Shown: positions 37,236 through 45,493 of the stretch, piece after piece
Position numbering within the stretch: position 1 is the first letter of the stretch
Layout: each line of letters opens with the position of its first letter
DNA from: a candidate division WOR-3 bacterium
GTDB lineage: Bacteria; Hydrothermota; Hydrothermia; JBDRYB01
Assembly: GCA_049969615.1 (NCBI GenBank)
Contig: JBMFOM010000003.1
Span: 1 to 46,218 of the forward strand
DNA: 46,218 bases
Direction: 5' to 3'
Translations under genes and position numbers: made by a program
Notes under the pieces: model-generated
Database searches by the model: none
Seen by the model: the letters and a program-made list of their open reading frames with translations, nothing else
What the model was told of the DNA's origin: nothing

Positions 37236-38741
37236 TTATCGTATAATCGCCTTTCCCCTGATGTTCTGGTTGAGATAGGAGAAGCTCCAGAAATAGACGC
37301 CCTTGGTCAGGGACACCGGAACGTTGAGTTTGCTCTCTCCGGCCGGGAAGTTTCCGTTGAAGTCAAAGGATTTCCTGCCGGTCGCGTCAAACAGCGCCAG
37401 AGAAACCTCTCCATCCCTGGGAAGGTTGAAGTAGAACTCGCGGCCCGAGTTGTTGACTCTCAGGGTCTTATCAGGGATGTTCTCATCCACCGAGACCTCA
37501 TCAATCGTGTAGCTGAAGTAAAGGTCAGGGGTATAGGAAGCGTCAACCCAGTTGCAAACAACGGGAACCATGATCAGGCTATCGTAGTCCAGGGTGGGTA
37601 TTGCTCTCCAGCCAAATCCGGTGTTGTCGGCCACATTCATCCTGAAGGTGTCCGAGGGGTTTGATGGTCCTCCCCTGTAGCCTATGACGAAAACCTCCCA
37701 GTCATAGTTGTCGGAGCCGTCAAAGTAGAAGTATAGGGAGTCGTTTGGGGTGTAGTTGTAGCAGACCACATAATCGCACCCGCCGGCTCCTTTTGGATAG
37801 AATATGCTCTGGTTACCATAGGCGGGATAACTGCTGTGGGTCTTGACAACGGTAACAGAGGGGTAAAGGTTGGATTCTGACCAGTGCCAGTTATCGTATC
37901 TCCCGGAAACGAACCAGCGCCACAGGGCGTAGTTCTCAAGGGCTGTCTTGAGATCGGTCCCGTAGTAGTTGTTCAGGATATATTCTATGTCCGAGTAGGA
38001 GTGCGCGCCTGGGTTCTGTCCGTATCTGAGCCATATCCTCTGAATGACATCGGTGTCCCCTGTCCAGAGCATGAGAAACAGCGCCCACAGGACGCCCGCG
38101 TATTCGTAGAGGTCCGTGTTCTGCAGCATGTGGTTTATCTCAAAGTAGGGCCTCTTTAGGGGACTTGTTCCAGAGAGATAAGCGACATACTCGTTGTCGT
38201 CCGGGTAGCACATCTCCTCGCCCCACATCGCGCAGTTCTCCATGAACCAGACGTTCTGGTAGCGGCCAAACGGGCGCTCGTAGCCCATCTGGCAGGCGTG
38301 CATGAACTCGTGAACAACGGTGTTGCGCAGGGTCTTATTGTCCCAACCCTTTCCTATGACTATGTAGCTGGTGTAGCTGTCAGTGAACTGACCTCCGGGG
38401 TTTTCCGGCGATGTGTATCCCAGGACGCCGCCGGTGAGATACTGGACATACATATCATAGAGGGAGTCGCCGCCAGCGGAACCATCTGATGGTGGTTTTA
38501 TGAAACCCAGTTGGGTCACATAGACATTCCAAGAGTGCTCCGCATACATACCTATGCTGTCAGCATAGGATTTGGGACACGCGTGGTTGCCTGTGGTGTC
38601 ATAGTGGATCTTGAAGTGGGTCGTGGTTATGTAGGTCTGGCAGGTGGGTCGGGCTTTCGGGCCCTTTGTCTCAAACTCCTCTGCCACATCAGCCGTGCCG
38701 CATATTCCCGGCACGCTCACGAGGGTTAGTGCGAACAACAT
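37236..38741 (-). CDS. Secreted zinc metallopeptidase (MXAN_6640-like) with T9SS-like CTD, paralog of neighbour
   Basis: CGT, HFKIHY, VHEFMHA, WFMENCA; CTD LFDATGRK..KGVYFW; AGGAGG RBS. Confidence 0.8.
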   Translation of the reverse strand: MLFALTLVSVPGICGTADVAEEFETKGPKARPTCQTYITTTHFKIHYDTTGNHACPKSYADSIGMYAEHSWNVYVTQLGFIKPPSDGSAGGDSLYDMYVQYLTGGVLGYTSPENPGGQFTDSYTSYIVIGKGWDNKTLRNTVVHEFMHACQMGYERPFGRYQNVWFMENCAMWGEEMCYPDDNEYVAYLSGTSPLKRPYFEINHMLQNTDLYEYAGVLWALFLMLWTGDTDVIQRIWLRYGQNPGAHSYSDIEYILNNYYGTDLKTALENYALWRWFVSGRYDNWHWSESNLYPSVTVVKTHSSYPAYGNQSIFYPKGAGGCDYVVCYNYTPNDSLYFYFDGSDNYDWEVFVIGYRGGPSNPSDTFRMNVADNTGFGWRAIPTLDYDSLIMVPVVCNWVDASYTPDLYFSYTIDEVSVDENIPDKTLRVNNSGREFYFNLPRDGEVSLALFDATGRKSFDFNGNFPAGESKLNVPVSLTKGVYFWSFSYLNQNIRGKAIIR

Positions 38742-39063
38742 ATCAAACCTCCTTATCCGTTTTCTAAATTATAAAACCTCCGGGCTAGCCAGCGCAACAA
38801 GCAGAACATCTCACGGATCCTTTCCTCCGGCCATGCTCCCTTGACCCTATCCAAGTCGGGGCAAGGCAAGGTGGAAGGGTCTCGGGAGATTCCGATTACA
38901 ATCCTACCTTTCAGGCATGGCCTGGAACCTGTTCCATGGAGCAAAGCCCCTTTATGCGTGAGTTTTAGGGAGCAGAAGATGAACGGCATCGCAGGGAGCC
39001 TTCGCCCTAAGGTGGGAAGGGAAGAATTGCGCGGGGATGTAAGGGATTTTTCAAGAGATTCAG

Positions 39064-39489
39064 ATGTTTGATCCTGCGCAGGAGGTGGGATATAATATAT
39101 CTCTGGACAAGCTCTACTACTCAATAGGCGAGGTGGCCCGGCTCTCCGGGGTGCGTGAGACTACCCTCCGTTATTGGGACAAAAGGGGCATCCTCTCGCC
39201 ATCCAGAAGGAATGGCAAGAGGAGATATTACACGGCCAAGGACATAGACAAGGCAAAAAGGATAAAGGAGCTGACCGATGACGGACTCACACTTGATGGA
39301 GCGGTCAAAAAACTCTCCGGAACATCAAAGATTCCGCCTGAAGTAGTCCAGGAGATAAAAGAGATAATAGCCATGATCGGCAAGCTCAGGGATGGCGGAA
39401 GGGGCAAACCCGAAAAAAAGAGGAACAATGAGAAAGAGGGTAGGGTTAAGAGAAGACAAACGGATAGAAGGGAGGGTCTTTTCGGTTGA
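39064..39489 (+). CDS. MerR-family transcriptional regulator (start uncertain, possibly 39103)
   Basis: YYSIGEVARLSGV.ETTLRYWD..GIL.P.R..RRYY...DI. Confidence 0.88.
   Translation: MFDPAQEVGYNISLDKLYYSIGEVARLSGVRETTLRYWDKRGILSPSRRNGKRRYYTAKDIDKAKRIKELTDDGLTLDGAVKKLSGTSKIPPEVVQEIKEIIAMIGKLRDGGRGKPEKKRNNEKEGRVKRRQTDRREGLFG
39068..39096 (+). promoter_or_regulatory. Promoter TTGATC-17-TATAAT with palindrome TCCTGCGCAGGA
   Basis: ttgatcctgcgcaggaggtgggatataat, immediately 5' of the MerR HTH coding region. Confidence 0.7.
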
Positions 39490-40223
39490 TAAAACACATC
39501 GTTCTGGGCCTGATTCAGGGTATAACCGAGTTTCTGCCCGTGTCCAGCTCAGGCCATCTGGTCATATTCAAGTTCCTCCTTGGTATCCGTAGCCCCGGCG
39601 CGGCAACAGAGATAGCCCTGCATCTGGCAACGGCCATAGCCGTGGCGGTAATCCTTTTCAGGGATTTCAGGGCACTTCTGAACTGGAGATACATCGGTCT
39701 CCTCGCCATAGGCCTTGTGCCCGCGGCTATCGTGGGCATCGTTTTCAAAGACCTCATAGAATCTTCTTTTGATAACCCATTGCCCGTTGGCTTCCTGATG
39801 ATCCTCACTGGAGGCCTCCTCCTGGCCACCAGATGGGTGAGATCAAAAACTGTGCCTTTGAACTGGTGGAGAGCACTCATAATAGGCCTCGCTCAGGTAT
39901 GCGCCCTGCTCCCTGGCATATCAAGGTCCGGCGCGACGATTGCCGTGGCGCTACTTTTGGGCATTGAGCCAGAAGAGACGTTCAGGTTCTCGTTTTTCAT
40001 GCTCCTGCCTGCCGTGATAGGGGGTGCTATATTGGACGCGAGGGACATAGCTTCCCTGCCGCATCCGGCATGGCTCTCGGCCGGCTTTATAACCGCGCTT
40101 CTCACCGGAACCGCGAGCCTCTGGTTCCTCAAGAAAACCCTCATCTCGCGGAGGCTGTTTTGGTTCGCTTTCTATCTTTTTGTGGCAGGCCCTGCCTGCA
40201 TCGCGTTTTTCTTCTGGAGGTGA
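39486..40223 (+). CDS. uppP: Undecaprenyl-diphosphate phosphatase
   Basis: LGLIQGITEFLPVSSSGHL, ALLPGISRSGATI, FSFFM. Confidence 0.95.
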   Translation: MIKHIVLGLIQGITEFLPVSSSGHLVIFKFLLGIRSPGAATEIALHLATAIAVAVILFRDFRALLNWRYIGLLAIGLVPAAIVGIVFKDLIESSFDNPLPVGFLMILTGGLLLATRWVRSKTVPLNWWRALIIGLAQVCALLPGISRSGATIAVALLLGIEPEETFRFSFFMLLPAVIGGAILDARDIASLPHPAWLSAGFITALLTGTASLWFLKKTLISRRLFWFAFYLFVAGPACIAFFFWR

Positions 40224-40227
40224 TAAC

Positions 40228-40662
40228 ATGCAAAACACCAACAAGGCTCATATGGAAGAGGTGAAAAAACTCATAAGGGGTTTTGCTGAGGGGCGTCTCA
40301 GCGAGGAGGAACTTGAGATATGTGAACGAATAGCGGATAAGCTGGGGCGAAAGAGATCAATGGACACAACCGGAACAAAACCCAACACCTGGGCCGCGGC
40401 CATCATATGGGCATTCCTCAGGGCCAACCCACCCGATCGGGACACGGATAGAATACCTCAGGATACTCTCGCCGAATATTTCGGGATAAAGAAAAGCACA
40501 ATAACAAACAAGGCAAGCCAGCTGGCAAAACTGCTCAGGATAGACATCTTCAACCCTGATTTCACGACCAGGAGGGTCCAGAGGATCATTCCCAGGTTCT
40601 ACATGACAGAGAATGGATTTGTGATCCCTGTCTGGGAGGAGGACGAAGAGGAAAGCCCCTGA
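40228..40662 (+). CDS. DUF6398-like hypothetical protein
   Basis: KLGRKR..GTKPNTWAAAIIWA..RAN, LAEYFG..KST; GGAGG RBS with ATG 40228. Confidence 0.65.
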   Translation: MQNTNKAHMEEVKKLIRGFAEGRLSEEELEICERIADKLGRKRSMDTTGTKPNTWAAAIIWAFLRANPPDRDTDRIPQDTLAEYFGIKKSTITNKASQLAKLLRIDIFNPDFTTRRVQRIIPRFYMTENGFVIPVWEEDEEESP

Positions 40663-40701
40663 ACCGGCCTCCTATATAACGGACCCGTGTAGCATCCGGA
40701 C

Positions 40702-40886
40702 GAAACCCCTGAAAGATCCGGTTTGCTCTTGGTCCATATCCGTGAACCTTATTATAGCTAGAAGAACACCCTGAGGGAATGCCATTGTTGCGGGATTTTT
40801 CAGGGGCCACTCTTAGAAACCTATTCTCTTGGACAAAACGTTCCTGGCTCAGACCAGTAAGTTATTGCTACTTTATCAGGGGTCTC
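40702..40886 (+). mobile_element. Copy D: full-length 185-bp MITE-like element
   Basis: Ends GAAACCCCTGAAAG and CTTTATCAGGGGTCTC form imperfect terminal inverted repeats; no coding capacity; TCCGGA at both ends. Confidence 0.75.
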
Positions 40887-40892
40887 CGGATA

Positions 40893-41303
40893 TCAATCAA
40901 GGTTTATCCCGAAGAATATTCCTGCCTCCCGCGCGACATTCTCTGGTGAATCCGACCCGTGGATAGCGTTATGGGTGATGTCAGTGCCAAAAAGCCTTCG
41001 TAGGGTTCCTGGCTTGGCCCCAGCCGGATCAGTAGTACCCATGGCCTCGCGAACACGAAAGACCGCGTCCGGCCCCCCAAGAAGGATTCCGACAACCGGG
41101 CCAGAGGTTATGAAATCAACGAGCTTTCCATAGAATTCCTTCCCCCTGTGAGGCTCATAGAAACGTTCAGCCTCCCCTTGGGACAAGCGCTTCATTTCCA
41201 TCCTCAGGATCGCGAAACCCATGGATTCAAACCGGGTTATAATCTGGCCAATGACCCCTTTGGCCACAGCGTCCGGTTTTATCATCACGAATATCCTATC
41301 CAC
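40893..41303 (-). CDS. ndk: Nucleoside-diphosphate kinase
   Basis: FVMIKPDAV, FITSGPV, PGTLR, NAIHGSDS; likely GTG start at 41303. Confidence 0.95.
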   Translation of the reverse strand: MDRIFVMIKPDAVAKGVIGQIITRFESMGFAILRMEMKRLSQGEAERFYEPHRGKEFYGKLVDFITSGPVVGILLGGPDAVFRVREAMGTTDPAGAKPGTLRRLFGTDITHNAIHGSDSPENVAREAGIFFGINLD

Positions 41304-41850
41304 CGGCCAGCTTCCTCCCAATTTCAAAACCCACATCAAGGGCCTTCAAGTTTGGCGGAATGAACTTCTCCTTGTTGGCCAGTTCCCGCTTTATGGCCTC
41401 TGCCAAGGATTCCTTTTTTACAACACCGGTAAGAGAAACAATGACCGCGAGGCCCAGGATGTTTGCGGTCATAGGGTAGCCGGTCACGTCCTTCGCTGTT
41501 GTCGTCAGGTTGTAAGTGTAGAGCCGTGCGTTGTTGAAGCTTTGTGGCGAAGAAACGAAATCGGTGTCAACGAGCATAATGCCACCGTCGCGGACACGGG
41601 AGCCGAACTTGTTATAGGACTCCTGGTTCATCATAAGAACCGCGTGAGGCCTCTCGGTCCTAGGATAGTATATCTCGCCATCTGAAATTATCACATCCGA
41701 AGATGAGCTCCCTAGACGGGCTTCCGGGCCGTAGTTTTTGACCTCAACGACCTTCTTGCCCTCTATCAACGCGGCCTCGGCCAGGAGTTTTCCGGCCGTC
41801 AGCAATCCCTGTCCGCCAGAACCAGCCAGTTTTATCTCTATCCTTTCCAT
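41296..41850 (-). CDS. korC: 2-oxoacid:ferredoxin oxidoreductase gamma subunit
   Basis: AGSGGQGLLTAG, YGPEARLGSS, ANILGL, NLKALDVG. Confidence 0.9.
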   Translation of the reverse strand: MERIEIKLAGSGGQGLLTAGKLLAEAALIEGKKVVEVKNYGPEARLGSSSSDVIISDGEIYYPRTERPHAVLMMNQESYNKFGSRVRDGGIMLVDTDFVSSPQSFNNARLYTYNLTTTAKDVTGYPMTANILGLAVIVSLTGVVKKESLAEAIKRELANKEKFIPPNLKALDVGFEIGRKLAGG

Positions 41851-42854
41851 GATGAGGTGAGCTCCTCTATAAGCTGGTTTATGCTGGGTTTGTCTCCCCT
41901 GTGCAGCACACCCATTGGCATGGCGCCTTCCTTGGCCTCGCCGCCAACTTTGTAGACCTGGCCCTTCAACGCGTCAAGGGTCTCGTATGGGTCAGATGAA
42001 ATGTTAAACCTGCCGTAATAAGTTGGGCAATTGGAGAGAACATCCACGAAACCAAAACCCCTGGTCTCTGTGGCCTCCTTTATCATCCTGACGAGCAGAG
42101 GAAAGTGAAAGACCGTTGTCCTGGCGACATAGTTGGCGCCAGCGCCTTTGACTAGCTCGCAGAGATCAAAGGCGGGCTCAAGCGCGCCATATGGGGTGGT
42201 GGTTGTCTTCGCCCCTAGAGGTGTTGTGGGAGAACCCTGGCCTCCCGTCATGCCATAGTTATAGTTGTTGATGACTATTGCGGTTATGTCAAGGTTCCTG
42301 CGAGCGGCATGTATGAGGTGATTACCGCCTATGGCGGCCGCGTCACCATCGCCCATCACAGCGAAAACCTTGAGCTCAGGGTTGGCCAGCTTCACTCCAG
42401 TGGCGAAGGATATGCTCCTGCCGTGGGTCGTGTGTAGTGTGTTGGCATCAAGATAACCGGGCATTCGGGAAGAACAACCTATGCCAGAAATCATAACCAC
42501 CTTGTCCGGGTCAAGCTCAAGGTCCTGGATGGTCTTGACCACAGCGTAGAGAACAGTTCCGATGCCACAACCCGCGCACCACGCGGAGGGCATGAATTTC
42601 ATCCTGAGAAAAGCCCAAGTTGGGTGTTCCTGAGGGATGCCTGTCTCGTTCTGAACCCACATGGCGAAGTCCGGGCAGTGTTGTTCGCATAGACCGCAAC
42701 CCGTACAATCGTTCAGCCTTGAAATGATAGGATAACCAAGCTTCTCTTGGTCAAAGACTTCCTTCGGGCATATCCTTATGCATATGCCGCACCTCTTGCA
42801 GAGGTCTTTCCTGAAACCTATCCTAAAAACTCTTTTAACCTTTGGTTCGGCCAT
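41838..42854 (-). CDS. korB: 2-oxoacid:ferredoxin oxidoreductase beta subunit with fused N-terminal 2[4Fe-4S] (delta) domain
   Basis: CKRCGICIRICP and CTGCGLCEQHCP, then WCAGCG, SGIGCS, HTTHGR, GDGD..IGGNH, NNYNYGMTGGQ, CPT. Confidence 0.9.
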   Translation of the reverse strand: MAEPKVKRVFRIGFRKDLCKRCGICIRICPKEVFDQEKLGYPIISRLNDCTGCGLCEQHCPDFAMWVQNETGIPQEHPTWAFLRMKFMPSAWCAGCGIGTVLYAVVKTIQDLELDPDKVVMISGIGCSSRMPGYLDANTLHTTHGRSISFATGVKLANPELKVFAVMGDGDAAAIGGNHLIHAARRNLDITAIVINNYNYGMTGGQGSPTTPLGAKTTTTPYGALEPAFDLCELVKGAGANYVARTTVFHFPLLVRMIKEATETRGFGFVDVLSNCPTYYGRFNISSDPYETLDALKGQVYKVGGEAKEGAMPMGVLHRGDKPSINQLIEELTSSWKG

Positions 42855-42871
42855 AATGGGCCTCCAAGAGG

Positions 42872-42945
42872 CGCGCCCGTGGGGACTCGAACCCCAAGCC
42901 TTGAGATCCGGAGTCTCACGCTCTATCCACTTGAGCTACGGGCGC
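42872..42945 (-). tRNA. tRNA-Arg (CCG)
   Basis: GCGCCCG acceptor stem, TAGCTCAAGTGGATAGAGC D-arm, TGAGA-CTCCGGA-TCTCA anticodon arm, GTTCGAGTC T-loop; CCA not encoded (CCT). Confidence 0.95.
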
Positions 42946-42997
42946 GTTCATAGGGCCGGAAATCAAAGACTCCGGTCTTCCGTTCCGGAATTGACCT

Positions 42998-43537
42998 TCA
43001 TAGCAGGTATCGCAGTTCACCTCTTGCCCTCCCGGAATCCAAAAAAAGCAAGGCATAGCTTCTCTGGTTTCCAAAGGGTCCGGGGGCCGTGCTCCCAGGA
43101 TTAAGGAGAAGAAAACCAGCCTCTTCCTTAAGCATGGGTCTGTGGCTGTGTCCGAATATTATAACATCAAGACCGCCTGGCAACAACTCCTTCACCCTCT
43201 GATCAATACCCTGGGGAGCGCCATAGCCGTGTGTTAGGCCTATCCTGATCCCATCCAGCTCAAAAACCAGGGTATCATCAAGGACTCTGGCAACGCTTGG
43301 GCTGTCCATGTTGCCTCTGACGGCATAGAGAGGAGGGCCAAGGCCCCTGAATAATCCCAGGGCTGTCTCTCCGGTAAAATCGCCGGCATGGATTATCCCA
43401 TCTGAGCTCCTGGCGGTCTCCAAGAGCTCTTCCGGCAAGTCTGCTATGGTCTCAGAATCAGAATCTTCGGCATCGTGTCGGTATCTCCCTTTGGGCGGGT
43501 CTTCAATGTGGGTATCAGACACAACGAGCAGTCTCAA
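42998..43537 (-). CDS. YfcE-family metallophosphoesterase
   Basis: SDTH, HAGD, VRGNMD, THG, FGHSH, LNPGS. Confidence 0.92.
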   Translation of the reverse strand: MRLLVVSDTHIEDPPKGRYRHDAEDSDSETIADLPEELLETARSSDGIIHAGDFTGETALGLFRGLGPPLYAVRGNMDSPSVARVLDDTLVFELDGIRIGLTHGYGAPQGIDQRVKELLPGGLDVIIFGHSHRPMLKEEAGFLLLNPGSTAPGPFGNQRSYALLFLDSGRARGELRYLL

Positions 43538-43548
43538 GCAAGCGTCCT

Positions 43549-43638
43549 CTATTTATTCTTGTGTCGCTGGAGCTTTCTCCTCTTCTTAATCTTATGCCTC
43601 CTTATCTTTGCCAGCTTACGTTTCCTGCCACAGGGCAT
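43549..43638 (-). CDS. 30S ribosomal protein bS22 (AURKAIP1/COX24-like), 29 aa, absent from ORF track
   Basis: MPCGRKRKLAKIRRHKIKKRRKLQRHKNK*; begins 1 nt after the HU stop, with AAGGAG upstream. Confidence 0.85.
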   Translation of the reverse strand: MPCGRKRKLAKIRRHKIKKRRKLQRHKNK

Positions 43639-43639
43639 A

Positions 43640-43909
43640 TTATAATCTCTCCTTTATTGATTTGGAAGGCCTGAAAAAAAGAACCCAGCGTGAAGGTATC
43701 CGGATGGACTCCCGGGTCCGGGGATTTCTGGCCTTCTTGGGGCCGCGCTTCCTTACCTCAAAGACACCAAATCCTCTGAGCTCAACCCTCTCTCTGCGCT
43801 CAAATGCATCTTTAAGAATCTCAAGAGTGGCGGTAATAACATGAGCCACATCTCTTTTAGTCAAGCCGGTTTCTCTGACTACCTCAATAACCAGCTCCAT
43901 CTTGTTCAT
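43640..43909 (-). CDS. hup: HU/IHF-family DNA-binding protein
   Basis: MNKMELV, VELRGFGVF, ARNPRT.E.I.IP, FRPSK; promoter TTGATC-18-TAGAAT upstream. Confidence 0.9.
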   Translation of the reverse strand: MNKMELVIEVVRETGLTKRDVAHVITATLEILKDAFERRERVELRGFGVFEVRKRGPKKARNPRTRESIRIPSRWVLFFRPSKSIKERL

Positions 43910-43983
43910 TTATGACCTCCGTTCCTCCCTTGCCCCAAATTCTAAGGGCCGTGCCGGAGGCCGATCAAGGCCTGTGATTTCGA

Positions 43984-44439
43984 TCAATCCTTTTCTCCTT
44001 TGCCTTCTTTTGGTTTGATGGGCGTAGGGCCATAGGGAATTGGATTGAGTTCATCGGCCCACGCTCCAGAGCGATTGTGGACCTCAAAGAAACCCTTGCC
44101 AGCCAGCTGGGCCTTGCCCTTTCCCTCCGCGTCTATAACCATGTCCTTGCCGAGAGCCATCAGTATGAAATCCGAGCCAGCAATGCTAAAATTGCCCATT
44201 CCGGAAACAAAGACCCAGCCACTCTCGCTCACAAACCTTTCTGGAACCTGCGCGTCTCCGGCCAAGTCCTTATACCATAGAGAACCTTCGCCGCTTATGG
44301 TCAATGAGCCTTGTCCCTTAAGATAGATCAGGCCGCTACCCTCAGCGTGAAGGGTTCTCTCGCCCTCAAGTCTCGTTCTCTCTTTGCCGGTGCTACCTCC
44401 GGTCCCGGCCAACAACAGACATACAACGACAAAATTCAC
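43984..44439 (-). CDS. Hypothetical secreted protein
   Basis: AGGAGG RBS with GTG 44439; hydrophobic N-terminus; Gly-rich beta repeats. Confidence 0.6.
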   Translation of the reverse strand: MNFVVVCLLLAGTGGSTGKERTRLEGERTLHAEGSGLIYLKGQGSLTISGEGSLWYKDLAGDAQVPERFVSESGWVFVSGMGNFSIAGSDFILMALGKDMVIDAEGKGKAQLAGKGFFEVHNRSGAWADELNPIPYGPTPIKPKEGKGEKD

Positions 44440-44606
44440 AATACACCTCCTTAACATGCAGATTCTAAAGCTGGGGAGCATCCTACTTCCACTCGTCTAC
44501 TGCTGCTATACAAGACGCTTCCGCTCCCGTCTAAGATCGATCGTTATCGCTGATTCGTTTCATAGCCCGGATTTTGTGGCAGGCTGTAAGAATTGAATTA
44601 TTAAGG

Positions 44607-44717
44607 GAAACCCCTGACAAAGTAGCGATAAATTACTGGTTGAGCCAGGAGCGCTTTGTTTAAGAGAACAGGTTTCTAAGAGGGGGATCCATGAAAAATC
44701 CTGCCGCAAGGGCATTT
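44607..44717 (-). repeat. Copy E of MITE-like repeat (right ~110 bp, inverted)
   Basis: gaaacccctgacaaagtagcgataaattactggttgagccagga...ggtttctaagag...tgaaaaatcc is the reverse complement of about 40776-40886. Confidence 0.85.
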
Positions 44718-44750
44718 CATTCTGTCCGGTCTCCCCGAATACACAAATAT

Positions 44751-44780
44751 TTGATTCCGCGCAGGCAGAGGGATTATAAT
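44751..44780 (+). promoter_or_regulatory. Promoter TTGATT-18-TATAAT (divergent copy of shared cassette)
   Basis: acacaaatatttgattccgcgcaggcagagggattataat. Confidence 0.55.
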
Positions 44781-44791
44781 CAAATCCGTAT

Positions 44792-45481
44792 ATGTCAGAG
44801 AGGATATTTATCATCAGTGTTCTGTTTTGCGCTGGATGCGCGGTAGCGCCCTTGGGTTTCTATGAGAGTGCTTTCCCGGCACAGAAACACATGGCTCTGC
44901 GTGGAGGAATAGACGTCGCGCGCGCCTATGACGAGATACCATCGGACTCAGGGAGAGGGTACGAGACACCTAGCTTCTTATCCTCCGTGTCCATAGTTGG
45001 CATTGACTATTCACCCTTCCCATACCTGAGCCTGGGAGGGGAGCTCACAGGGCCTCCGCTTTTCTTTGGCGCGTGGGGCGCTGGTATAAGAACAAAGGCT
45101 GTTCCCCTCGCTGGGGACAACATAGCCGCGGCCGTTCTGCTGAGAGGGGGAGTGAATTCGGCCAAGGAGGAGGCAGATGCTTGGGGGCCGGCTGTGAGCT
45201 ATAACACCCAGTATCTGGTAGGAGGAGGAATTGTCTCCCTGGGAAGTCCGACCATCAGCTTTGGCGTTGGGCCAAAGGTCGTGCTCTCCCATGTCAACAT
45301 AAGCGGCGCCGGAGAATTCTCCGGTAATGTCATGGACTATGGCGGTTTCTTCAACCTGGTCCTAAACTACGGCATTCTCGGCCTGGCCGCGGAGGTCAGC
45401 GCGCTTTCTATTGACAGGCCTTATGCCGGAAAGAGGAGCCTTCGGCCATATGGCGGGGCCATGCTAAAGCTGATGTTCTAG
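44792..45481 (+). CDS. Hypothetical lipoprotein/outer-membrane beta protein
   Basis: Lipobox-like CAG-C; beta strands; terminal Phe. Confidence 0.6.
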   Translation: MSERIFIISVLFCAGCAVAPLGFYESAFPAQKHMALRGGIDVARAYDEIPSDSGRGYETPSFLSSVSIVGIDYSPFPYLSLGGELTGPPLFFGAWGAGIRTKAVPLAGDNIAAAVLLRGGVNSAKEEADAWGPAVSYNTQYLVGGGIVSLGSPTISFGVGPKVVLSHVNISGAGEFSGNVMDYGGFFNLVLNYGILGLAAEVSALSIDRPYAGKRSLRPYGGAMLKLMF

Positions 45482-45493
45482 AGGAAGAATATC

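Noticed and set aside
38790-38835. RNase P, SRP or 6S RNA (GGAGGAAAG on the - strand)
   Set aside because: Lacks GAAAGTCC and the other conserved elements.
42872-42945. tRNA as an integration site for an island
   Set aside because: No duplicated tRNA 3' end or integrase was seen; flanking genes are housekeeping.
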